Positions 13,138 through 23,753 of a stretch of DNA of 64,000 nt are shown in pieces (position 1 is the stretch's first letter; every line of letters starts with the position of its first letter). A model generated the notes under the pieces. That model did no database searches and was not told the origin of the DNA. It saw only the letters and a program-made list of their open reading frames with translations. The position numbers and the translations under genes are program-made. This DNA comes from Azolla caroliniana (lineage: Eukaryota; Plantae; Polypodiophyta), in NCBI GenBank assembly GCA_043228905.1, contig JBHGNT010000020.1:7378001-7442000 (forward strand). Reading direction: 5' to 3'.

Positions 13138-13968
13138 GTGTGTAAATTCTTACTCGAGGATGTCATCTACCGGTACGGATGTGTGGGAAAGATAGTGGCC
13201 CACAGAGGAGAGCTGAACGCTCATGAAGCTACAGAGCTCTTTGACCGACTTGGAGTGAAGCTCTCTCTCATGACCGCTTATAACCCGGAGGCTAATGGAA
13301 AGATAGAATGCGGACACGGTCCTATCGTGAAAGCCATTGTACGATCTTGTGATGGGCGAGTCGGGAATTGGCCTCAGTTACTACCTTATGCCTTGTGGGC
13401 TGACAGAACAACTCATAGCTCAGTTACAAGTTTCATGCCAGCTGAACTCATGTACGGTCAAAAGCCGGTGATGCCCATTGAAGACACGATCGCTTCATGG
13501 GTAGCGATGTTGTGGGAAAACGAGATGAGTCGAGAAGAGCTTCTAGCCACAAGGATAAGGCAACTTGAGAGAAGACCCAAAGACTTGGAGTTGGCAAAGG
13601 AGAGGTTAGAAGCGGCTAGGCTAAGTAACAAAGCCCGATTCAACAAGACTCACGGACTGCGCCCTCGAAAAATCGAAGGAGACTGGGTGATTGTATATGA
13701 TAGTAGTCTCGACAATCAACATAGCTCGATGCGGAAATTCGTAAAGCGATGGTTCGGGCTGTACGTGGTAACGAGTGCAAACGATAATGCTACCTGCCAC
13801 CTCATTGAACTCGATGGGACTAAGCTGGTAGTACCAATAGCTAGAAAGCGGGTCAAAATCTTCAAAAAGCAACACGACAAGGAGCCAAACCTCAATGACC
13901 TTGACGAAGATAAAGGTGAGCAAACAACAAGCCACGGGGTCAATGAGGAGGAGGAAATAAAGTATTGA
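13138..13968 (+). pseudogene. Integrase core and C-terminus of the Trp-PBS gypsy
   Basis: YNPEANGKIE, LPYALWADRTTH and a GPY/F-like WFGLYVV motif. Confidence 0.9.
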
Positions 13969-14897
13969 CCACCCTCAGCCTGCCATTCTTGGTAGATACC
14001 GGAGGATGTGTGGTTTGGTGGGGGTGGATGTCATGATGTGGCGTGCTCGAGGGTGGGAAAAACTGGTGAAAGGGGGGGGTCAAAAATGTGCATGTGCAAT
14101 GTGTGTGCACACAAAAGCGATTAATTGTGCATATGCAAAATAAAAAGGAAAAGAAAGGGTGAAAAGGGGGTATAGAAGCTCGTGCAAAAAGTAAGAGAGA
14201 GGAGAGATAAAAGGTAGAGGGGAGACAGGCCATAAATTTATACAGATAGAATTATATATTACATAAGAGAGAGTTAGTGGGCTAGTGGATAGTCACATTA
14301 ACTACTAGCTAGAGGTGCATGGTTTGAATCTAGTCTTATAGTGCAACGTGATTTAAGGAATTTTATTCATTTTTCATTGAAGACCAATTTGGCGATCCCC
14401 CCCTTCTTTTTTTCTTATAAAAGGAGGTCGAGGGGGGCTCTTTTGGGAGGAGGAGACTATCGCCAATTTTCCTTCAAATCTCTTCATCTCCTTATTCACC
14501 ACTTCTCTCCATCTCATACCCCTTCATCCCCCCATCGCCATGTGCTCATCTTATTCGCGTCGGCACTCGAAGTGCTCGTGAGCCCAAGCTTCGTTGGTTC
14601 GACGTTGCTCCACCCCGTTCGTCATTGCGAGCCCGTGTGCTCGCCGTTCGGGTGGTCGTGGTTCGTTGGGATTGGCATTTTGGTGGTGCTCCTGTGTTCA
14701 TCTTCGCCGTGTTCGGTTTTGCCTTGTCTCTAAGGGCATTTAATATTTATGTTTTGATTGAGCTTGTGGTTAACTATAAGTTGCCATTGTAAACAAAACC
14801 CTATTTTATAAAGGGTCCTCTTGCATTGGAATCGAACACGTATTTATCTCTTTGGTCAATATCATTCGTGTTTCTTTCTCTCCTTCTTTCTTTATTC

Positions 14898-15525
14898 GTG
14901 TCTTTCTTGTACGTTCGGCCGTCTTGTGACGAGGGGACTGTTCGGGCTTGCCCATGCACCTCTCCTCCTCATAAAGGCGTATGAGCATTTGTATGTGTGT
15001 TTGTGTCTTCCTTGTACGTTCGTTCGTCTTGGGACGAGGGGACCGTTCGGGCTTGCCCATGCACCTCGCCTCCTCATAAAGGCGTACGAGCATTTTGTGC
15101 GTGTGTTTGTGTCTTCCTTATATGTTCGGTTGTCTTGTGATGAGGGGACCGTTCGGGCTTGCCCATGCACCTCTCCTCCTCATAAAGGCGTACGAGCATT
15201 TGTGCGTGTGTTGTGTCTTCCTTGTACGTTCGGCCGTCTTGTGATGAGGGGACCGTTTGGGCTTTCCCATGCACCTCTCCTCCTCATAAAGACGTACGAG
15301 CATTTGTGTGTGTGTTTGTGTCTTCCTCGTACGTTTGGCCGTCTTGTGACGAGGGTACCGTTCGGGCTTGCCCATGCACCTCTCTTCCTCATAAAGGCGT
15401 ACGAGCATTTTGTGCATGTGTTTTGTGTCTTCCTCGTACGTTCGACGTCTTGTGACGAGGGAGCGTTTGGGCGCGCCCATGCACCTCTCCTCCTCATAGA
15501 GACATACGGACATTCGTGTTTGTGT
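14898..15525 (+). repeat. Six tandem units of about 105 bp inside the LTR
   Basis: The GAGGG anchor recurs at 14931, 15036, 15142, 15246, 15351 and 15457. Confidence 0.9.
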
Positions 15526-15619
15526 TATCGTCCCCTTGTGCGTTCATGTTGCGTGCTCATCTTGCTTGTACCCGTTTGGTCACTTGGCTCGTACGGTGAT
15601 CTCGAAAGGTCGACGAGTC

Positions 15620-16188
15620 GTGATCAATGAGAGCCACCGGCCTCACAAAACAAAGGGCAACGAGACCTTGCTCGGGAAGGGGTCGGGAAGTAGTATTGTC
15701 GTAAAGCAAACCTCGGGTCTTCTTTATCCCTTGAGTACTCCCTAGTCCAAGACCCCCGTGGTCTCGCCGAAGTAACACACGTGCGTGAAACTTCGCGACA
15801 TAACTTGGTAGTTGTGATCAACGAGAGCCACCGGCCTCACAAAACAAAGGGCAACGAGACCTTGCTCGGGAAGGGGTCGGGAAGTAGTATTGTCGTAAAG
15901 CAAACCTCGGGTCTTCTTTATCCCTTGAGTACTCCCTAGTCCAAGACCCCCGTGGTCCCGCCCAAGTAACACACGTGCGTGAAACTTCGCGACATAAATT
16001 GGTAGTTGTGATCAACGAGAGCCACCGGCCTCACAAAACAAAGGGCAACGAGACCTTGCTCGGGAAGGGGTAGGGAAGTAGTATTGTCGTAAAGCAAACC
16101 TCAGGTCTTCTCTATACCTTGAGTACTCCCTAGTCCGAGACCCCCGTGGTCCCGCCCAAGTAACACATGTGCGCGAAACTTTGTGACA
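15620..16188 (+). repeat. Three tandem 194-bp copies of the LTR right end
   Basis: Units start at 15620, 15814 and 16008. The first two end CGCGACA-TAA(C/A)T-TGGT-AGTT. Confidence 0.9.
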
Positions 16189-16964
16189 CCGTCCTTTAGT
16201 TGTGCTCCGATTCGGCCCTCGATGGCCACTTGCACGATCCTTCTTTAACTCTGGGTGTGCCCTTCCCGGTGTCCGAAAATACGACGAGGATACGTGAACT
16301 TTGAGGTAGGACCCCGGGGCCTCCGACCGAAAGATATTAGATTCGTATGATTATATTAAACAATTAATACAAAATGATAAAGATTCACAAATTTCATTAA
16401 TAAAGGGAAAGAAAGATTACAATTAATCCCAAGATTGAGATTACAAAAGTTTTATCTTAAGGAGATTGCTAGAATAATAGATTAGAAGAAACTAAGATAT
16501 GGATTCCATAGAGATTTAGGGTTCTTGGCTTTGATAAGAGATTATGGTTATATGAGTATTATGGCTTCCGTAGGGAAGATTAGTGTTATTTAGTGTTATG
16601 GCTTCTGTAGGGAAGATTAGGGTTTTTGGATTCCGTAAGGAGATTAGGGTTTATGAGAGATATGGCTTCCCTAAGATAAGGGAGTTGAGAAGGAAAAGAA
16701 AAATAATCGAGATAATATGGAGAGTCACCTCCGTATAGGAAGAAAAATGGAATTATATATATGGAGTTCCTCGTTGATCATATGCCTCCACTTTTTGTTG
16801 CATGGCCTCTACTTTTAGTTGCATAGCTTTTCTTTTCGTTGAATCTATTTTTAGTTGCATGGCTTTTTCTTTAGTTGCATGCGACCGTACACTTGACCTT
16901 TACTTTAGTCTCTTTTACCACATGATCCTTTTATCCGTTCGATTTGCATCCAACCTCGTACGGT

Positions 16965-17375
16965 CGCCGGTTCCGCTCGATCGCCGAATCCCTCGCCGGC
17001 CGATTCCAGTTTTGCTTGTCGGCCGGTTCCGGTTTGCTTGCCGGTTCCAGTTCCGGTTTTGCTTACCGGCCGGTTTCCGGTTTGCATACCGGTTCTGGTT
17101 CCGGTTTTGCTTGCCGGTCGGTTTCCGGTTCTAGTTTTGCATACCGGCCGGTTCCGGTTTGCATACCGGTTCCGGTTCCGGTTTTGCTTACCGGTCGGTT
17201 CCGGTTTTGCTTACCGGTCAGTTCCGGTTTTGCTTGCCGATCAGTTCCGGTTTGCTTGCCGGTTCCGGTTCCGGTTTTGCTTGCTGGTTCCGGTTCCGGA
17301 TTTGCATACCGGCCGGTTTCCGGATTTGCTCACCGGACCTGTTTTCCGGATTTGCTTACCAGCCGGTTTCCGGAT
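16965..17375. repeat. Degenerate CCGGTT / CCGGTTTTGC minisatellite
   Basis: Dense CCGGTT-based repeats are visible directly. Confidence 0.85.
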
Positions 17376-17874
17376 TTAGGGAATTTGGCCACCATCATCC
17401 ATCAAGACAAAGTGGCCAAAGTGCTCTTAGAACAAATGAAAAATGAGGGAGCTCAAGGTGCTTATAGCCAGGGCCTTAACTTTCCTATCTATGTGGGATA
17501 GTTCTAATTTCTCTATCTTCTCAAACTTTATTTTCACATAACTTAATATGTATTTCTCCATTTTGTATATAGTAAAATACATTTTGAAGCTCTTGAGTAT
17601 ATCCATCTTTCTATAGTAAGCTACTAATCTAATCTATAATAATTATTTCGTTATTTTTTTACATAGTGTGAGAAGATTCACACGACACCGACTTGGCACA
17701 CCACCCGTACTTGCCCTTACCGGCTCCTTCAGAAACCGTAACCGGCCGGTAGGGGTTTTGCACTTAGACAGCTTCCGTCTTGCCAGCTATTGTCGATGCT
17801 GGGTCCCGTTCCTTGCCGCCACCATCCTTCTATCTCGGTCTTACATTGCCACGTTGGCCGAACAACCGGAGTCG

Positions 17875-20160
17875 AGTGAGGTGTTTTCGTGGTCGTAGTA
17901 ATGATATTTGGGTTGAAGACGACGTCTGCCACATTCCAACGTATCATCGCCCAGTTTTTCCGTGAAAATAATCTGGCCTTCATGCAAGTATTTCTAGATG
18001 ATTTTGTTGTTTACAGCCACCAAATGGAGCATCTCGACCAATTACGCCACTAATTGGAATGTTGTCGGCAAGCTCGACTCAACCTTTGTCTGGCGAAATG
18101 CGCATTCAACGTATCCAACAGTGCCCTACTTAGGCATATTGTGAGCCGAAAGGGGATCACAATGGACCCTGATAAAGTAAATCTCATCTTGGAAACTCCG
18201 GCTCCCACCAGCGCGAACGCCCTTAACCGGTTTTCAGGGCAAATTTGTTGGCATAGCCGAATCCAACGCTACTTGGCCAATTTCAAGACACCATTACATG
18301 CAATAGTTCACAAAACACCTTCCAATGGACTACAATAGAAGACGACGCATACAAGGCTCTAAAGATCATGTTGTCTCATGCGTCAATTGTACAACCCCTT
18401 GATTGGTCACAACCTTTCCACATTTTTGTCAACGCTTCCGACGTGGCCATTGGGAGGGCCTTAATGCAGATGACGCCTCCAAATTGGTACCGTCCAGTCC
18501 ACTATGCTAGCCGTCGTCTCTCGGCTGTGGAACAGAATTATTTGACCACGGAGAGAGAAGCACTCGGCATGATCTACAACATTACCAAGCTTCTGCACTA
18601 TCTTCTCGGCGCAAAAATTCACATTCCATGTCGATCACTAGGCCCTTTTATACTTGGTAACAAAGCAGTCGATGACCAGAAGACTGGCTCAATGGATGTT
18701 ACTCTTACAAGAGTTTGAATTCGATATACATCATCGCCCCTGGGTACAACATGTGGTGGCTAACTACCTTAGTCGACTTGAATCAGGAGAACCAACCAAA
18801 AGCGTTTACGACGATCTCCCCAATGTCGACATTTTCGGAATTGCACCTACACTACTAAATCTGGAATCCGAAGATGAATGGCTATACGAAATGATATACT
18901 TCCTCAGTAGTTGTCTCCCACCCGAATACTTGCCTCTTGACCCAAAGAAGCACTTGGCACTCCAAAGTTAAAACTTCTACCTCCTAACCAACACATTATA
19001 CCACAAAGGCTCCGTTCAAGTTCAGAAATTCAAAAAATATGCGATACTCCGAAAGACCCATTATGGAATCATTGGAGGACACTATGCATGCGATGCGACA
19101 GCTCGAAAGGTTTGGCAAAGTGGCTTATGGTGGCCGGCAACACAGAAGGATGTTTAGAAATTCTGCTGACAATGTGACCACTACCAACGCATGGGTCAAC
19201 CTACCGAGCAAGCGTGAATGCCCCACTAGCTGATCCTTCCACTCGAGCCATTCCAGAAGTGAGGGTTGGATTTCATCGTCCCATTCAAGCCGGTCGCGGC
19301 CCGAACGGGCAATCAATACATTATCGTCACAACCAATTACTGCACCAAGTGGGTCGAAGCAAAGGTGCTACAGGACAAAACGACTACCTCCACAGCAAAA
19401 TTTATTTACAAATACTTGTGGTGCAGATTCAGTTGTCCGATTGAACTAGTGAACGACTAGGGTGGACATTTCATCAACAAAATTATTCGGGAATTCACAT
19501 CACATTACGCGGTGGTAGATAAGAAAAGCACGCCTTACTATCCGCAAGCGAATGGCCTAGCCGAATTGACAAATAAGACGGTGCAAACCATCCTTAAGAA
19601 AATCGGGAATGAAAATCAAATAGATTGGGATGACAAGCTATATACCGCGCTTTAGGCTTATCGCACTACATTCAAGACCAGTATTAAGTCCACGCCCTTT
19701 CAGTTGGCATTCTGTTTATAAGTTGTCATGCCGATGGAATTTCAAATTCCGAGCTTACGAGTGCAAATTTCGCAACATCTCCTCGAAACCGAGTCAGAAT
19801 AAAACGACTAGAACCACTACTCAAACTCAGGGAAAATTGGCTTGCGACCTTAGCTATCTAGAGCACAGTCAGCGTTGGTGTAACGTGTTCGTCGATCGTC
19901 ATCAAAAAGGGAACGAGAAATTATTCGAAATCAGCAAGGCAGTTCTGGTGTTTCAAACTCGGGCTTAGCTCGATGACGGGGAAGCTCTGGTTTCGATGGA
20001 CAGCTTCGTTCTGGATTATCGACGAATTCAAGGGAACCTTTCAACTAGGAACATTATCCAGAGAAATCATGCTGAAATAGGTCAATGGGTTCCGATTGAA
20101 GCCATACCTCGGCCATACCCCTCCCAACCCATTCTCAGACAAGCAGCACGACCACCGTTG
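17875..20160 (+). pseudogene. pol: Old degenerate gypsy pol (RT-RH-INT), relative of 26810-30763; outermost host of the nest
   Basis: Co-linear peptides WYRPVHYASRRLS, QEFEFDIHHRP, NYCTKWVEAK and NGFRLKPY, with many stops. Confidence 0.9.
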
Positions 20161-22568
20161 ACCTGAGGTAGGTGACACGACTACTGAGGGGGGCATATCA
20201 CCCCAATTATGGTAATTACCCCACCTACCCAAATATGTATATTAAGTGATGTAAAAGAATACGATTGCGGAAGTTAAGACAAACCGGCTCGTCCGGATAG
20301 CTAAAGAATGCAGACACAGGTATAATGGAAACCTTACACGTGAGAGACAGAGTTAGACCAATGTGCTCAGTATGAACTTTTATACAAGTCCTTAAGAGGA
20401 CTAACATGTACTTCAATGCTCATACGAGCAACTGACACTAACTCCAAGGAATATGCCTACATACTAGGCTAGGATTGTAGGTCTCTAACGGCCTACCAGT
20501 TACAATCTGATTCGTCTCTCCGATCCGGCATACCGATCCGACTCTGGCTTATACAACTTGAGTTCGGATCATGGTGTCTGTGTCTGTCGGTCCTTCCCTT
20601 CGGCTCCTCTTGGCATCTTCCCGCCTTGCTCACGATCCTCGACCCGTCCGGTTCTGCTTTCCACGATCCGTCCGGTTCCACGCCTCTCGACCTTCTCGGT
20701 CGGCTTTGTCTTAGCTCCTTTGTTGTTGCGACTTCAGCGCTTCTCGACTCGTCGGTTCCTCCGTGTCGACGTCAGCTTCAACTGCCTTTTTGTCTGCTTG
20801 GCCCATCATAGATTTGGCTCCTCCAAATGAAACATTTCAATTGGATCGAGTGACCCCGATTTACTTCTGCTCTCGACCAAATCAATTGTCTTCGATTCGT
20901 TCCCACTTTTGGACGAGTTGGTTGTCTCCAACTCTTCTTCGATTTCTAGACCTTTCACGACATTGGCCAAGGTCCATGTCTAAGTTTGCCCGGCTTTGCC
21001 TCCCCCTTTTTCGGTTGGCTCCAGCATGGGCCTTCCATTCTGGTGGCTCCCCCTGTGTCCGGTCTCGGCTTTCTCAAGCAACCCGTGCACTCCGACTTCC
21101 TTGGTCAGGCCGAAGTCAAAATTGGTTTCCGACTCGTCTTTTCGGTCTTCTTTCTCATTCCTCCCCCTCAAGTTCGGGATATCGAGGTATTGCATACCCA
21201 GTGCACTAGAAAATTGCCGCAACTTCTCTAAGACAAGGGGTTTGGTGAAGATATTGGCCACCTGCCGATCGGTCGGAACGTGCAGTAGTTCCACTTCACC
21301 GCAGAGACATCATTCGAAAGCATCTTGAAGCTCACCGGCTCCAACTACCCAGTGTGGAAGTTGAAGATGAGGGACATGCTCGTGGTCAAAGATCTCTGGT
21401 TATCGGTACATTTCGGGGACAGGAAACCGGACAAGATCGATGCCACGACATGGGAGGTGATGCATATGAAGACGACGACATACATTAGATGCTTCATCGA
21501 CATTCCTTGGATACGGCGATGATGAGTTCGGGTACTGAGTGTGGGACTTGGTCGACAAGAAAGTGTTATGGAGTCAAGACATAGTCTTCATTGAAGATAA
21601 GACTATTGCCAACTGGGAGTCGATGAAGAAGATAGCGGACTCCGGATCAACCGATAGAGATCGGTCGAAAGACACAAGGACCCACCCGACCGGAAGTCGG
21701 ATGATACTTGAAGAATCGGCCAGATTCGGACAAGAAACCCAATCAACCGAAGAAGCAGAATCGGACACTGGAACTGGGCAAGACCCCGAATCGGATTCAG
21801 ATGAAGAACAAACAGAGAAACTGGTGGCCGAAGACCTAGGAAGAAGATATCTCCTGAGGGAGAGACGAGCTCCCCGGAGATTTCCGGATGCAGAGCATGT
21901 GTTGCTGACCGACGAGGGGGAGCCGGAAAGTTTCTGTTGAGCGGCAAGTTCAACTGGAACCAGATTGGCTAAATAAGCCTGAGCCGGCAAGCGAGACGGA
22001 TCGGTAAGCCGTGAGTAACCGAACCGGTGTCGTGAAGAAAACCGGCCATAGGCGGAATCAGACAAAAAGGCGCATGAACCGGCTCTTACACGGATGGACA
22101 CGTGAATTGATATTTTGATTCATAAATGGATCGACTGATGTAAATACTAAGTAGTACACATTTATTAGGGGATTGTGCGTATCTCTGTCAGAGGGGAAAG
22201 GGAATAAAGCGATTTGACTAGGGAAAAAGGGGCACCCCCCCTTTTGGGGAACTATTTAAGGAGAGGAGAGAAGGGAGAGAAGGGGATCGCGCGTTGGCGA
22301 GGACGAAGGGCTGCTGCAGAACGGAGTGCCGAGCTCTCTCTCCTCCAATCGTCGTTCTCTGCGGGTGTCGGGAGTTCGCAGCCTCTGCTTCGTGGATAGC
22401 CCATGTGCTTCCAGCAGAGTCTCTCCCCTTCCCCTTTCCCCTTTTGTTTTCTTCGAGTCATGTGGCTGTCGTTGGTGTGCGTGAGTAGGACCCCGTGTCG
22501 GGTCCGTTATCGAGCTGCCGGTTGTAAGCTATTGACTATAGTGATCGGATTCCTGTTTTCCTTGCTCC

Positions 22569-22615
<47 letters not shown>

Positions 22616-23703
22616 TGGTCCGAGACCCCCGTGGTCCCACCTCTTCCTACACGCACGCGCGTAACAACGCGACATATTTGGTGAACCTGACATGAATAGG
22701 GCGGCAAAGGAGTCGAAAAATGAGGGGATCGGAGCTAGCAGAGGCAATGGCGGTAGCCGTTGACCGGCTGGTAAGCACTCGTGAGGGGACAGGTACCCTC
22801 GGCAGGGCCATCGAATCAATCGTCGGCACTATAGGCCGGTTCGGAGGGAAAGACGCCACAAGGTATTTGGAGGCTTACTGGGCCGAAATGATCATGAGGG
22901 ATATCCCGGTGGACAGGCGGTTGTCCGGATTCCCTCGAGTGGTGACGTCGAGCATCCACGCGGAGGTGCTCGAGGTGTTGGCCGGATTCCCAGACTTGGG
23001 AGGAGTTCGAGCTATGGCTCCTCGAGAAGTACAGGTTTGACGACTCGCTTTAGCTGTCGAGGCGGGACTTCATGGCGTGGGTGGAAAGCCCCGGAAAAGG
23101 GAGGAACACGTTGATGCTCCTCCAAGAGTTGGAAAAACGGTTCGCGCAGCTAACGACGTTGGACCGGACAGTGCTCAAAACGAGTCGAGTACTACTGTTT
23201 GTCAAGTTAGTGGATGCGCTTGACAAGGAAAAGGTGGGTCCCCTATTGGAAACGGATGAAGGGCTCACGGCAGACTGGGCTGTTATTCCCTTAGCCGGAC
23301 AAGGCCTAACACAAGGTGTCACGGAGACACTTCACCAAAGGGGTGATTACGGCATAGGATTAAGATTCAACGATTACACCGACTTACATAGGTTACACGA
23401 TTAGAATGCTTCGGTAAATTACACGCGTAAGATATAACAGTAATTACAGAACGGAAATCAAGACAGAAGTGTAAACATCATAATCTCTATTAATTATCCG
23501 CTGCTATTACAATGGGGTCCGGGCCTTTAAATAGGTTTCCGGCCCGTAGTACAAAACGGTGCCCCTCGCACCTATTCGGGATCCGTCCGGATCTGGAACG
23601 GCATACCGTTTCCAGTCCGTCCGTCCACACTATCCTCATTTACAACCATATATAATTAATTCCTTCACTCCGTATTTTGGACTCCTTGCCGGCCGGTAAC
23701 ACA

Positions 23704-23741
23704 TGGCACGCCCGTGGGACAGTACCTTGTACGTCGAACCC
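23704..23741 (-). promoter_or_regulatory. tRNA-Arg-like 3' end (inverted PBS) at the position where a PPT is expected
   Basis: Sense sequence GGGTTCGA-CGTACAAGGTACT-GTCCCACGGGCGTGCCA lies 2 nt before the 3' LTR and is shared with 38583-38622. Confidence 0.75.
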
Positions 23742-23753
23742 TTCTCGGCCCCT

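Larger units (their letters stand above)
9572..16188 (+). mobile_element. Chimeric or internally deleted Trp-PBS gypsy element: LTR 9572-10621, PBS 10630-10647, gag-pro, integrase, dissimilar 3' LTR 14029-16188
   Basis: The 5' LTR has 11-bp inverted ends TGTCGTGAAGA/TCTTCACGACA and is followed by PBS TGGTGAACTCGACGTGAA. GGTGGGGGTGGA precedes the 3' LTR, as at 47404-47415. RT and RH are missing and the two LTRs do not match. Confidence 0.8.

Noticed and set aside
14898-16188. Regular repeat arrays as CRISPR-like arrays or repeat-protein genes
   Set aside because: There are no unique spacers or cas genes. The units are tandem LTR sequence and the ORFs are by-products of the repeats.
9568-16192. 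CCGC/CCGT flanks as a true TSD of one element
   Set aside because: The two LTRs are unrelated and RT is missing. A chimera with a chance or target-biased 3-of-4 match is more likely.
16944-17501. ORFs across the CCGGTT repeat
   Set aside because: They are open in several frames only because the repeat lacks stop codons.
20186-20200. GAGGGGGGCA as a PPT and 3' LTR start of the old gypsy
   Set aside because: The element appears to continue after 58933 with the accessory ORF homolog, so this position is internal.
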